From Eledone cirrhosa (lineage: Eukaryota), in NCBI GenBank assembly GCA_964016885.1, contig OZ024749.1:9486001-9550000 (forward strand): 64,000 nucleotides of DNA, given 5' to 3'. Shown one piece after another: positions 1 to 14,903 of the stretch. Position 1 is the stretch's first letter. Each line of letters starts with the position of its first letter. The notes beneath the pieces are model-generated. The model made no database searches and had not been told where the DNA came from. It was given only the letters and a program-made list of their open reading frames with translations. The position numbers were made by a program, and so were the translations under genes.

Positions 1-3000
1 TCTACTGTGGTTATATTAGTAGGAAATAGTTAAATACTACACCTTCACATCTACTGTGGTTATATTAGTAGGATGTAGTTAAATATTATACCTTCACATC
101 TACTGTTGTTATATTAGTAGGATGTAGTTAATTATTATACCTTCACATCTACTTTAGTTATATTAGTAGGAAATAGGTAAATATTATACCTTCACATCTA
201 CTGTGGTTATATTAGTAGGAAATAGTTAAATATTATACCTTCACATCTACTGTGGTTATATTAGTGGGATGTAGTTAAATACTATACCTTCACATCTACT
301 GTGGTTATATTAGTAGGAAATAGTTAAATACTATACCTTCACATCTACTGTGGTTATATTAGTAGGATGTAGTTAAATATTATACCTTCACATCTACTGT
401 GGTTATATTAGTAGGAAATAGTTAAATACTATACCTTCACATCTACTGTGGTTATATTAGTAGGAAATAGTTAAATACTACACCTTCACATCTACTGTGG
501 TTATATTAATAGGAAATAGTTAAATATTATACCTTCATATCTACTGTAGTTATATTAGTAGGAAATAGTTAAATACTATACCTTCACATCTACTGTGGTT
601 ATATTAGTAGGAAATAGTGAAATATTATACCTTCACATCTACTGTGGTTATATTAGTAGGAAATAGTTTAATACTATACCTTCATATCTACTGTAGTTAT
701 ATTAGTAGGAAATAGTTAAATACTATACCTTCACATCTACTGTGGTTATATTAGTAGGAAATAGTTAAATACTACACCTTCACATCTACTGTGGTTATAT
801 TAGTGGGATGTAGTTAAATATTATACCTTCACATCTACTGTGGTTATATTAGTGGGATGTAGTTAAATATTATACCTTCACATCTACTGTGGTTATATTA
901 GTGGGATGTAGTTAAATATTATACCTTCACATCTACTGTGGTTATATTAGTGGGATGTAGTTAAGTACTATACCTTCACATCTACTGTGGTTATATTGGT
1001 GGGATGTAGTTAAATACTATACCTTCACATCTACTGTGGTTATATTAGTAGGAAATAGTGAAATATTATACCTTCACATCTACTGTGGTTATATTAGTGG
1101 GATGTAGTTAAATACTATACCTTCACATCTACTGTGGTTATATTAGTAGGAAATAGTTAAATACTACACCTTCACATCTACTGTGGTTATATTAGTGGGA
1201 TGTAGTTAAATATTATACCTTCACATCTACTGTGGTTATATTAGTGGGATGTAGTTAAATACTATACCTTCACATCTACTGTGGTTATATTAGTAGGAAA
1301 TAGTTAAATACTACACCTTCACATCTACTGTGGTTATATTAGTGGGATGTAGTTAAATATTATACCTTCACATCTACTGTGGTTATATTAGTGGGATGTA
1401 GTTAAATATTATACCTTCACATCTACTGTGGTTATATTAGTGGGATGTAGTTAAGTACTATACCTTCACATCTACTGTGGTTATATTGGTGGGATGTAGT
1501 TAAATACTATACCTTCACATCTACTGTGGTTATATTAGTAGGAAATAGTTAAATATTATACCTTCACATCTACTGTGGTTATATTAGTGGGATGTAGTTA
1601 AATACTATACCTTTACATCTACTGTGGTTATATTAGTAGGATGTAGTTAAATACTATACCTTCACATCTACTGTGGTTATATTAGTGGGATGTAGTTAAA
1701 TACTATACCTTCACATCTACTGTGGTTATATTAGTGGGATGTAGTTAAATACTATACCTTCACATCTACTGTGGTTATATTAGTGGGATGTATTTAAGTA
1801 CTATACCTTCACATCTACTGTGGTTATATTAGTGGGATGTAGTTAAATACTATACCTTCACATCTACTGTGGTTATATTAGTGGGATGTAGTTAAGTACT
1901 ATACCTTCACATCTACTGTGGTTATATTAGTAGGAAATAGTTAAATACTATACCTTCACATCTACTGTGGTTATCTTAGTAGGAAATAGTTAAATATTAT
2001 ACCTTCACATCTACTGTGGTTATATTAGTAGGAAATAGTTAAATATTATACCTTCACATCCACTGTGGTTATATTAGTAGGAAATAGTTAAATATTATAC
2101 TTTCACATCTACTGTGGTTACATTAGTAGGAAATAGTTAAATACTACACCTTCACATCTACTGTGGTTATATTAGTAGGAAATAGTTAAATACTACACCT
2201 TCACATCTACTGTGGTTATATTAGTAGGATGTAGTTAAATATTATACCTTCACATCTACTGTGGTTATATTAGTGGGATGTAGTTAAATATTATACCTTC
2301 ACATCTACTGTGGTTATATTAGTAGGATGTAGTTAATTATTATACCTTCACATCTACTTTAGTTATATTAGTAGGAAATAGGTAAATATTATACCTTCAC
2401 ATCTACTGTGGTTATATTAGTAGGAAATAGTTAAATATTATACCTTCACATCTACTGTGGTTATATTAATGGGATGTAGTTAAATACTATACCTTCACAT
2501 CTACTGTGGTTATATTAGTAGGAAATAGTTAAATACTATACCTTCACGTCTACTGTGGTTATATTAGTAGGATGTAGTTAAATATTATACCTTCGCATCT
2601 ACTGTGGTTATATTAGTAGGAAATAGTTAAATACTATACCTTCACATCTACTGTGGTTATATTAGTAGGAAATAGTTAAATACTACACCTTCACATCTAC
2701 TGTGGTTATATTAATAGGAAATAGTTAAATATTATACCTTCATATCTACTGTAGTTATATTAGTAGGAAATAGTTAAATACTATACCTTCACATCTACTG
2801 TGGTTATATTAGTAGGAAATAGTGAAATATTATACCTTCACATCTACTGTGGTTATATTAGTGGGATGTAGTTAAATACTATACCTTCACATCTACTGTG
2901 GTTATATTAGTAGGAAATAGTTAAATACTACACCTTCACATCTACTGTGGTTATATTAGTGGGATGTAGTTAAATATTATACCTTCACATCTACTGTGGT

Positions 3001-6000
3001 TATATTAGTGGGATGTAGTTAAATATTATACCTTCACATCTACTGTAGTTATATTAGTAGGAAATAGTTAAATACTATACCTTCACATCTACTGTGGTTA
3101 TATTAGTAGGAAATAGTTAAATATTATACCTTCACATCCACTGTGGTTATATTAGTAGGAAATAGTTAAATACTACACCTTCACATCTACTGTGGTTATA
3201 TTAGTAGGAAATAGTTAAATACTACACCTTCACATCTACTGTGGTTATATTAGTAGGATGTAGTTAAATATTATACCTTCACATCTACTGTTGTTATATT
3301 AGTAGGATGTAGTTAATTATTATACCTTCACATCTACTTTAGTTATATTAGTAGGAAATAGGTAAATATTATACCTTCACATCTACTGTGGTTATATTAG
3401 TAGGAAATAGTTAAATATTATACCTTCACATCTACTGTGGTTATATTAGTGGGATGTAGTTAAATACTATACCTTCACATCTACTGTGGTTATATTAGTA
3501 GGAAATAGTTAAATACTATACCTTCACATCTACTGTGGTTATATTAGTAGGATGTAGTTAAATATTATACCTTCACATCTACTGTGGTTATATTAGTAGG
3601 AAATAGTTAAATACTATACCTTCACATCTACTGTGGTTATATTAGTAGGAAATAGTTAAATACTACACCTTCACATCTACTGTGGTTATATTAATAGGAA
3701 ATAGTTAAATATTATACCTTCATATCTACTGTAGTTATATTAGTAGGAAATAGTTAAATACTATACCTTCACATCTACTGTGGTTATATTAGTAGGAAAT
3801 AGTGAAATATTATACCTTCACATCTACTGTGGTTATATTAGTAGGAAATAGTTTAATACTATACCTTCATATCTACTGTAGTTATATTAGTAGGAAATAG
3901 TTAAATACTATACCTTCACATCTACTGTGGTTATATTAGTAGGAAATAGTTAAATACTACACCTTCACATCTACTGTGGTTATATTAGTGGGATGTAGTT
4001 AAATATTATACCTTCACATCTACTGTGGTTATATTAGTGGGATGTAGTTAAATATTATACCTTCACATCTACTGTGGTTATATTAGTGGGATGTAGTTAA
4101 ATATTATACCTTCACATCTACTGTGGTTATATTAGTGGGATGTAGTTAAGTACTATACCTTCACATCTACTGTGGTTATATTGGTGGGATGTAGTTAAAT
4201 ACTATACCTTCACATCTACTGTGGTTATATTAGTAGGAAATAGTTAAATATTATACCTTCACATCTACTGTGGTTATATTAGTGGGATGTAGTTAAATAC
4301 TATACCTTCACATCTACTGTGGTTATATTAGTAGGATGTAGTTAAATACTATACCTTCACATCTACTGTGGTTATATTAGTGGGATGTAGTTAAATACTA
4401 TACCTTCACATCTACTGTGGTTATATTAGTGGGATGTAGTTAAATACTATACCTTCACATCTACTGTGGTTATATTAGTAGGAAATAGTTAAATACTACA
4501 CCTTCACATCTACTGTGGTTATATGAGTGGGATGTAGTTAAATATTATACCTTCACATCTACTGTGGTTATATTAGTGGGATGTAGTTAAATATTATACC
4601 TTCACATCTACTGTGGTTATATTAGTGGGATGTAGTTAAGTACTATACCTTCACATCTACTGTGGTTATATTGGTGGGATGTAGTTAAATACTATACCTT
4701 CACATCTACTGTGGTTATATTAGTAGGAAATAGTTAAATATTATACCTTCACATCTACTGTGGTTATATTAGTGGGATGTAGTTAAATACTATACCTTTA
4801 CATCTACTGTGGTTATATTAGTAGGATGTAGTTAAATACTATACCTTCACATCTACTGTGGTTATATTAGTGGGATGTAGTTAAATACTATACCTTCACA
4901 TCTACTGTGGTTATATTAGTGGGATGTAGTTAAATACTATACCTTCACATCTACTGTGGTTATATTAGTGGGATGTATTTAAGTACTATACCTTCACATC
5001 TACTGTGGTTATATTAGTGGGATGTAGTTAAATACTATACCTTCACATCTACTGTGGTTATATTAGTGGGATGTAGTTAAATACTATACTTTCACATCTA
5101 CTGTGGTTATATTAGTGGGATGTAGTTAAATACTATACCTTCACATCTACTGTGGTTATATTAGTAGGATGTAGTTAAATATTATACCTTCACATCTACT
5201 GTGGTTATATTAGTAGGAAATAGTTAAATATTATACCTTCACATCTACTGTGGTTATATTAGTGGGATGTAGTTAAGTACTATACCTTCACATCTACTGT
5301 GGTTATATTGGTGGGATGTAGTTAAATACTATACCTTCACATCTACTGTGGTTATATTAGTAGGAAATAGTTAAATATTATACCTTCACATCTACTGTGG
5401 TTATATTAGTGGGATGTAGTTAAATACTATACCTTTACATCTACTGTGGTTATATTAGTAGGATGTAGTTAAATACTATAGCTTCACATCTACTGTGGTT
5501 ATATTAGTGGGATGTAGTTAAATACTATACCTTCACATCTACTGTGGTTATATTAGTGGGATGTAGTTAAATACTATACCTTCACATCTACTGTGGTTAT
5601 ATTAGTGGGATGTAGTTAAGTACTATACCTTGACATCTACTGTGGTTATATTAGTGGGATGTAGTTAAATACTATACCTTCACATCTACTGTGGTTATAT
5701 TAGTGGGATGTAGTTAAATACTATACTTTCACATCTACTGTGGTTATATTAGTGGGATGTAGTTAAATACTATACCTTCACATCTACTGTGGTTATATTA
5801 GTAGGATGTAGTTAAATATTATACCTTCACATCTACTTTACTTATATTAGTAGGAAATAGGTAAATATTATACCTTCACATCTACTGTGGTTATATTAGT
5901 AGGATGTAGTTAAATATTATACCTTCACATCTACTGTGGTTATATTAGTAGGAAATAGTTAAATACTATACCTTCACATCTACTGTGGTTATATTAGTAG

Positions 6001-7780
6001 GAAATAGTTAAATACTACACCTTCACATCTACTGTGGTTATATTAGTAGGAAATAGTTTAATACTATACCTTTATATCTACTGTAGTTATATTAGTAGGA
6101 AATAGTTAAATACTATACCTTCACATCTACTGTGGTTATATTAGTAGGAAATAGTTAAATACTACACCTTCACATCTACTGTGGTTATATTAGTGGGATG
6201 TAGTTAAATATTATACCTTCACATCTACTGTGGTTATATTAGTGGGATGTTGTTAAATATTATACCTTCACATCTACTGTGGTTATATTAGTGGGATGTA
6301 GTTAAGTACTATACCTTCACATCTACTGTGGTTATATTGGTGGGATGTAGTTAAATACTATACCTTCACATCTACTGTGGTTATATTAGTAGGAAATAGT
6401 TAAATATTATACCTTCACATCTACTGTGGTTATATTAGTAGGATGTAGTTAAATATTATACCTTCACATCTACTGTGGTTATATTAGTAGGATGTAGTTA
6501 AATACTATATCTTCAGCTCTACTGTGGTTATATTAGTGGGAAATAGTTAAATATTATACCTTCACATCTACTGTGGTTATATTAGTGAGAAATAGTTAAA
6601 TATTATACCTTCACATCTACTGTGGTTATATTAGAGGGATGTAGTTAAGTACTATACCTTCACATCTACTGTGGTTATATTGGTGGGATGTAGTTAAATA
6701 CTATACCTTCACATCTACTGTGGTTATATTAGTAGGAAATAGTTAAATATTATACCTTCACATCTACTGTAGTTACATTAGTAGGAAATAGGTAAATATT
6801 ATACCTTCACATCTACTGTAGTTATATTAGTAGGAAATAGTTAAATACTATACCTTCACATCTACTGTGGTTATATTAGTGGGATGTAGTTAAGTACTAT
6901 ACCTTCAAATCTACTGTGGTTATATTAGTAGGAAATAGTTAAATACTATACCTTCACATCTACTGTGGTTATATTAGTAGGAAATAGTTAAATATTATAC
7001 CTTCAGATCTACTGTGGTTATATTAGTGGGAAATAGTTAAATATTATACCTTCACATCTACTGTGGTTATATTAGTGAGAAATAGTTAAATATTATACCT
7101 TCACATCTACTGTGGTTATGTTAGTGGGATGTAGTTAAGTACTATACCTTCACATCTACTGTGGTTATATTGGTGGGATGTAGTTAAATACTATACCTTC
7201 ACATCTACTGTGGTTATATTAGTAGGAAATAGTTAAATATTATACCTTCACATCTACTGTAGTTACATTAGTAGGAAATAGGTAAATATTATACCTTCAC
7301 ATCTACTGTAGTTATATTAGTAGGAAATAGTTAAATACTATACCTTCACATCTACTGTGGTTATATTAGTGGGATGTAGTTAAGTACTATACCTTCACAT
7401 CTACTCTGGTTATATTAGTAGGAAATAGTTAAATACTATACCTTCACATCTACTGTGGTTATATTAGTAGGAAATAGTTAAATATTATACCTTCACATCT
7501 ACTGTGGTTATATTAGTAAGAAATAGTTAAATATTATACCTTCACATCTACTGTGGTTATATTAGTAGGAAATAGTTAGATATTATACCTTCACATCTAC
7601 TGTGGTTATATTAGTAGGAAATAGTTAAATATTATACCTTCACATCTACTGTGGTTATATTAGTAGGAAATAGTTAAATATTATACCTTCACATCTACTG
7701 TAGTTATATTAGTAGGAAATAGTTAAATAGTATACCTTCACATCTACTGTGGTTATATTAGTGGGATGTAGTTAAGTACT
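1..7780. repeat. 49-bp tandem satellite (~159 copies in window, continues off the left edge)
   Basis: Unit TCTACTGTGGTTATATTAGT(A/G)GGA(AA/TG)TAGTTAAATA(C/T)TATACCTTCACA recurs every 49 nt with few substitutions. Confidence 0.98.
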
Positions 7781-10445
7781 GTACCTTCATGTCTAGTGTA
7801 GGATCTAGTTAAGTACTGTACCCTCATGTCTTGTGTAGGATCTAGTTAAGTACTGTACTCTCATGTCTAGTGTAGGGTGTAGTTAAGTACTGTACTCTCA
7901 TGTCTAGTGGAGGATCTAGTTAAGTACTGTACCCTCATGTCTAGTGTAGGGTGTAGTTAAGTACTGTACTCTCATGTCTAGTGTAGGGTTTAGTTAAGTA
8001 CTGTACTCTTATGTCTAGTGTGAGGTCTAGTTAAGTACTGTACTCTCATGTCTAGTGTGAGGTCTAGTTAAGTACTGTACTCTCATGTCTAGTGTGAGGT
8101 CTAGTTAAGTACTGTACTCTCATGTCTAGTGTGAGGTCCAGTTAAGTACTGTACTCTCATGTTTAGTATGAGGTCTAGTTAAGTACTGTACCCTCATGTC
8201 TAGTGTGAGGTCTAGTTAAGTACTGTACCCTCATATCTAGTGTAGGGGTGTAGTTAAGTACTGTACTCTCATGTCTAGTGTAGGGTGTAGTTAAGTACTG
8301 TGCCCTCATGTCTAGTGTAGGGTGTAGTTAAGTACTGTACTCTCATGTCTAGTGTGAGGTCTAGTTAAGTACTGTACTCTCATGTTTAGTGTGAGGTCTA
8401 GTTAAGTACTGTACCTTCATGTCTAGTGTAGGGTGTAGTTAAGTACTGTACTCTCATGTCTAGTGTAGGATGTAGTTAAGTACTGTACCCTCATGTCTAG
8501 TGTAGTGTGTAGTTAAATACTGTACTCTCATGTCTAGTGTAGGATGTAGTTATGTACTGTACCCTCATGTCTAGTGTAGGGTGTAGTTAAGTACTGTACC
8601 CTCATATCTAGTGTGAGGTCTAGTTAAGTACTGTACTCTCATGTCTAGTGTAGGGTGTAGTTAAGTACTGTACTCTCATGTCTAGTGTGAGGTCTAGTTA
8701 AGTACTGTACCCTCATGTCTAGTGTGAGGTCTAGTTCAGTACTGTACTCTCATGTCTAGTGTAGGGTGTAGTTAAGTACTGTACTCTCATGTCTAGTGTG
8801 AGGTCTAGTTAAGTACTGTACTCTCATGTCTAGTGTGAGGTCTAGTTAAGTACTGTACTCTCATGTCTAGTGTGAGGTCCAGTTAAGTACTGTACTCTCA
8901 TGTTTAGTGTGAGGTCTAGTTAAGTACTGTACCCTCATGTCTAGTGTGAGGTCTAGTTAAGTACTGTACCCTCATATCTAGTGTAGGGGTGTAGTTAAGT
9001 ACTGTACTCTCATGTCTAGTGTAGGGTGTAGTTAAGTACTGTGCCCTCATGTCTAGTGTAGGGTGTAGTTAAGTACTGTACTCTCATGTCTAGTGTGAGG
9101 TCTAGTTAAGTACTGTACTCTCATGTCTAGTGTGAGGTCTAGTTAAGTACTGTACCTTCATGTCTAGTGTAGGGTGTAGTTAAGTACTGTACTCTCATGT
9201 CTAGTGTAGGATGTAGTTAAGTACTGTACCCTCATGTCTAGTGTAGGATGTAGTTAAGTACTGTACCCTCATGTCTAGTGTAGTGTGTAGTTAAATACTG
9301 TACTCTCATGTCTAGTGTAGGATGTAGTTATGTACTGTACCCTCATGTCTAGTGTAGGGTGTAGTTAAGTACTGTACCCTCATATCTAGTGTGAGGTCTA
9401 GTTAAGTACTGTACTCTCATGTCTAGTGTAGGGTGTAGTTAAGTACTGTACTCTCATGTCTAGTGTGAGGTCTAGTTAAGTACTGTACCCTCATGTCTAG
9501 TGTGAGGTCTAGTTCAGTACTGTACTCTCATGTCTAGTGTGAGGTCCAGTTAAGTACTGTACTCTCATGTTTAGTGTGAGGTCTAGTTAAGTACTGTACC
9601 CTCATGTCTAGTGTGAGGTCTAGTTAAGTACTGTACCCTCATATCTAGTGTAGGGGTGTAGTTAAGTACTGTACTCTCATGTCTAGTGTAGGGTGTAGTT
9701 AAGTACTGTGCCCTCATGTCTAGTGTAGGGTGTAGTTAAGTACTGTACTCTCATGTCTAGTGTGAGGTCTAGTTAAGTACTGTACTCTCATGTCTAGTGT
9801 GAGGTCTAGTTAAGTACTGTACCTTCATGTCTAGTGTAGGGTGTAGTTAAGTACTGTACTCTCATGTCTAGTGTAGGATGTAGTTAAGTACTGTACCCTC
9901 ATGTCTAGTGTAGTGTGTAGTTAAGTACTGTACTCTCATGTCTAGTTTAGGATGTAGTTAAGTACTGTGCCCTCATGTCTAGTGTAGTGTGTAGTTAAAT
10001 ACTGTACTCTCATGTCTAGTGTAGGATGTAGTTAAGTACTGTACCCTCATGTCTAGTGTAGGGTGTAGTTAAGTACTGTACCCTCATATCTAGTGTGAGG
10101 TCTAGTTAAGTACTGTACTCTCATGTCTAGTGTAGGGTGTAGTTAAGTACTGTACTCTCATGTCTAGTGTAGGGTCTAGTTAAGTACTGTACCCTCATGT
10201 CTAGTGTTGGGTGTAGTTAAGTACTGTACTCTTATGTCTAGTGTAGGGTTTAGTTAAATACTGTACTCTCATGTCTCATGTAGGATGTAGTTAAGTACTG
10301 TACTCTCATGTCTAGTGTGAGGTCTAGTTAAGTACTGTACTCTCATGTCTCATGTAGGATGTAGTTAAATACTGTACTCTCATGTCTAGTGTGAGGTCTA
10401 GTTAAGTACTGTATCCTCATGTCTATTCTGGTTATATTAGTGGGA
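7770..10445. repeat. 37-bp tandem satellite (~72 copies) derived from the 49-bp unit
   Basis: Unit TAGTTAAGTACTGTAC(T/C)CTCATGTCTAGTGT(GAGGTC/AGGGTG), period 37; aligns to the 49-mer minus GGTTATATTAGT. Confidence 0.97.
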
Positions 10446-10939
10446 ATATTTTTAGAAACCTTAGCCAGATGAAAGCCAAAATAAGCCATGGCAAGATTGA
10501 ACTTAAAGCAATAAATTTCATATTGAAATAATGGTTATTATGTGGCATCTTGTGCAAGTCTATTGTACTCTTCCTGCTCTTGGGTGCTAGATTTAATATG
10601 TCACCTTCTTAACACCCGCATCTGTCTCTTGGACAGTAGATTTAATATGTTACCCCTCTTAGCACCACCACCTGGTTTTGGGGCATCATCACCATCACCA
10701 TCACCATCATCCCTACCACCACCAATCATCATCATCATCTTTGTATTTTTGTCCAGTTTTCCTATCCATACATGGGTTAGACAAGTCTTCTCCAATACAG
10801 CTTCTCTTCCCCATTGTTTCTTTCTTTTTCCCTCTCCTTTTGTGAGGTTCAGTTTCATAAGACCAGCTTTCACCACTTCTGCCTAAGTCTTTCTTGGTCT
10901 TGCTCTTCCATGGATTTCTCCTCTTGGAACTTCTGGCAC

Positions 10940-11260
10940 TGAAAAATAAAGTTGACCCCGGTGGGATTTGAACTCTTAACTAGATACTGAAGGGCATTTA
11001 TTTCTTTTTTCCTTTTTTTTTTTACCTGACACTCTAATACAGTGGTTCCCAAAGTGGGCTTTGTGGAAATCAAAGATTCTGCAAAGGAGTGCCTGAGGCT
11101 CCATGAAAAAAGGTAGAGGATTATATTTATATTACAACCATATAACAATATTAGACTTTGGGGTTCCCCCAAAAGTTTCTGAACCAAAAAGGGTTTCACG
11201 TTTGAAAACGTTTGGGAAACCCTGCTCTAATGATTCTACCACCACAATTAAACTCTACTA
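10940..11260 (-). mobile_element. Decayed SINE-A copy interrupted by a hAT MITE
   Basis: AAAGTTGACCCCGGTGGGATTTGAACTC matches the reverse complement of the SINE-A B-box region; head resumes after 11224. Confidence 0.6.
11040..11224. mobile_element. hAT-type MITE
   Basis: TIRs CAGTGGTTCCCAAA ... TTTGGGAAACCCTG; 8-bp flanking duplication CTCTAATA/CTCTAATG (7/8). Confidence 0.8.
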
Positions 11261-11439
11261 CCACAACCAGCTTCTTCGCTTTATATAATATTCTATTACA
11301 ATGTATGCATACATGGACCCATGACTCTTAAGAGAGTCAGATGTAGGGGCATCATATTGACATGGCATTTCTAAACCTGGTGGAGTCTATCTCCTCTCCA
11401 GGTCTGAATGAAAGAGTCGAAGTGAGAAAGAGATATAGA

Positions 11440-11600
11440 GGAAGAATCAACCGCAGTACTTATGTGGTACTTTATCGACCTTCAATGGATGAAAAGCAAA
11501 GTCGACCTCAGCTGAATTTGAACTCAAAGAGCAGAGAGTCTAAAAGAATACCACAAAGCATTCTATCTGACATTCTAACGACTCTGCCAATTCACTGCTT
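11440..11600 (-). mobile_element. Old SINE-A-related copy
   Basis: GGTACTTTATCGACC..GGATGAAAAGCAAAGTCGACCTCAGCTGAATTTGAACTC. Confidence 0.65.
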
Positions 11601-11923
11601 TCTATAACAATAGGTAATTTTATTAATATAGAATTAGAATTTTGGATTTTATCTTGTATCAAAATCATTTTTTTCTAACTTACATTCAAATTTCAAATAG
11701 TTTTTATTGAATTCCATTAAAATTTCTTTTTTATATATATATATAACATTTTTAACAGTTCTTTGTTGCTATTATTTATATGTTAACCAATAAAATATGA
11801 TGAAATTCAATAAATTTTGAAATGCACTTGAAAACATTAACAGGAGGAATTCTTCAGCAACATCAATTATTAAGCATCTTAACCTCATACCAACAATTAT
11901 TATTGTTACTACCATTGTTATTA

Positions 11924-11957
<34 letters not shown>

Positions 11958-12024
11958 CATCACCATCATCATCATTATTTGTTTTATCTTAAAATATCAT
12001 TTGGAATGATAGACTTTTCTCATT

Positions 12025-12055
<31 letters not shown>

Positions 12056-12110
12056 GTGTGTGTGTATAAATATATATATCTATGTATATATATGTGTGTG
12101 TGTGTATATG

Positions 12111-12141
<31 letters not shown>

Positions 12142-12194
12142 ATATATATGTGCATGTATATATATATATATATTTATATATGTATATATATATA

Positions 12195-12230
<36 letters not shown>

Positions 12231-12315
12231 TTTTATGGTTCATTTATTTTTTTCGTTTTTTACAATTATTAATTATAAAAAGTATTATTCTTAAAAACAT
12301 CATTGTAAAAATCAT

Positions 12316-12346
<31 letters not shown>

Positions 12347-13906
12347 TCTTTCTCTCTCTCTCTTTCTTGCTTCTTTATTTTATTTTATTTTACATTTACA
12401 TTAATTTATTTTATTTTTCATTTTTTGACAGTAATACCTGAAGACATTTAATGAATTCTATTACTTGTTTGTTTTCAGTCAACTTTTTTTGCCATTTCCT
12501 TGTCTTTCTTTTCTCTTTCCTCGTTTCCTTGTCATTTCTTTCCTCCTTTTCTTGTCTTTTTCCCTGTTTCCTTGTCTTCTTTTCTCTTTTCCTGTCTATT
12601 CTTTTAATACCTAGAATAGAATGTTGAAATTTCTATTTCAACCCTTGTTATTAAAAGTAGTTTCTAAATTTTCTGTTAGTTTCCTAACTTCCACGGGGAC
12701 TCTCATTTGAATAGATCATAAAAAGAATCATTCTATAATGTGATTGAGCTTTTTTTGTTGTTGTTGTTTTTTGCTTTTTGTTTATTTTATTTATGTTTTT
12801 TTTGTTTTGTTTTTTAAAGAAAATTGCTACACATTAGGTTTCATTTCTCCGAGGAAAAAACTCATGAGATTAAATTATATCATGTCGGATTCTGTAGAAA
12901 TGGAAAATAAAAAAAAATTTTAATCTTTTAAAAAAAAAACAAACAGAAAATAAAATAAAAATCCACCTCTAAAATAAATAGCATGCTCTCTGAATTTAAT
13001 ACTATAAATAAGAAGCATTCTGATAAGTTTTATCTGAAGAGTAAATGCTTCACCACGTCAGATGGGTTTTCATCATATTATCAATTAAAAACCATTCAAC
13101 CTCATGGTAATTGTACTTTAAAATTGAAGATGGGGAAGATGGTCCTTTTTACCTTTTTTAGTTGTAAGCATCTCAAGAAACATGCCAGTAAAAAGGATGT
13201 AGAATCAAAAGGATTTTCCTTGTGTTCAGTTCAGTGTTTAAAGGTTTTTAAAACATATTTTTTACTAGAATGTGTCATCACAGTTCTTAATAATTCTGCA
13301 TTTTAAATTCAATTTTTCTTTTGTATGATTAAAGAAAAGGGGTAAAAATTAGGAAACTATCTATATTGTTATTTTAACAGTTATAGATCTTCTTTAACTT
13401 GGAGCTATTGAATTCTTTAGTTTAAGTAAGTAAAGAAACTTTATGAGAGAGGAAGAAAAAACTTGGTATATGTGAGAATGAATCAGTTTTATATTTTTAA
13501 CTGATTCATTCTCACATCATGAAGTTAGCATTGACACAGAATACTGTATATTACAAAAGATATTTTACTGTTGTTAAGTTCAGCTTAACCTTTTTGTTAC
13601 AATATATATTATTATGTCTATGATTTTCAATCAATTTTGAAAATAACCAAGAATTTTAAGGGATTTAGTAATATAACTAACTGTCTGTGTTGTAGATCTA
13701 GAGACAGTTTTATGTGGACATATTATACAAGGGTGGCTGAAAGGTTCGTAGACTGACTATGAAGGAGTGTGAAATCTTGCATGCATTAATTTTAACTCTT
13801 CTTATTAATAACTGCATTGTTTCTTTCCAGGGACTATGTCAGCTTATGAACTTTTCAGCTGACCCTCATAGTTATGGCTCTCTCTACACTTTCTCCTATT
13901 TCTTAA

Positions 13907-14127
13907 CCCTTTAACACTTCCATTACTCTATATTTACTACTGTATTTTTGCAGTAAAGGTTTTATCTTATATAATTATATCACATAATATCAAATCTATG
14001 AGATTTTGATATTATTTATTTGGAGAACAATACCTTAACATCGATATTAGTGGCTGGTTACAGCCAGTTTGAAGAGAAAGAGGTGAGAAAATTGTGGCCA
14101 GATACAGCCAGTTTAAATACTAAAGGG
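13907..14127. mobile_element. TTAA-flanked piggyBac-type MITE
   Basis: TTAA|CCCTTTA ... TAAAGGG|TTAA; related copies at 16360-16707, 54306-54464 and 61419-61460. Confidence 0.7.
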
Positions 14128-14363
14128 TTAAACTCTCCACACCTTCTGTCACCTATACTCTACCTCTCTCTTAGATTATCCATATCACTTTTCCCTATTA
14201 ACTAGAAATGTTAGATGAATGATTCTTTTAAAGGTTTTTTTTTGTTTTTTAGTTTGTTTGTTTTTTATTCAAAGTAAACAAATCTTTTTATTTACCTAGA
14301 AACTTAGTTGATTTGAAATTTGAAATGTTGGAATTTAAACACAGAAATTGCTATAAATAATAA

Positions 14364-14903
14364 TGTTTCTACTTTTGGCACAAGGCCAGCAATTACCCCA
14401 GTGCATTACTGGTACTTTATTTTATCGACCTCGTTAGGATGAAAGGCAAAGTTAACCTTGGCAGGATTTGAACTCAGAATGGCAAGGGCCATAACTCTGT
14501 GTCAAAGCATGGTGTCCGACCCTCTAATAATAATTGTTTCTACTTTTTGGCACAAGGCCAGCAATTACCCAGTACATTACTGGTACTTTATTTTATCGAC
14601 CTTGTAAGGATGAAAGGCAAAGTTAACCTCGGTGGGATTTGAACTCAGACCATAAAGGGCCTAACTCTGCTAATAATAATGATTTCTAGTATAGGCACAA
14701 GACCAACAATTTTTTTTTGGGGGGGGGGGGGGGGAGAATTCGATTAAATCGACGCAAGTACATTACCAGTACTTTATTTTATCAACCCTGTAAGGATGAA
14801 AGGCAAAGTTAACCTCGGCGGGATTTTAACTCAGATCGTAAAGGCACATAACTCTATGCTGCAAAGCATGGTGTCTGACTCTCTACCGATACTGCCAATC
14901 TGC
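14364..14903 (-). mobile_element. Three tandem tRNA-derived SINE-A copies (MetaSINE-like core)
   Basis: Reverse complement of GAGTTCAAATCC B-box, GCCTTTCATCCT..GGTCGATAAAATAAAGTACCAG core and GCTGGCCTTGTGCC..TAGAAAC(ATT)n tail, three times. Confidence 0.85.

Noticed and set aside
13726-13800. Mariner-like terminus TACAAGGGTGGCTGAAAGGTTC
   Set aside because: No matching second TIR found
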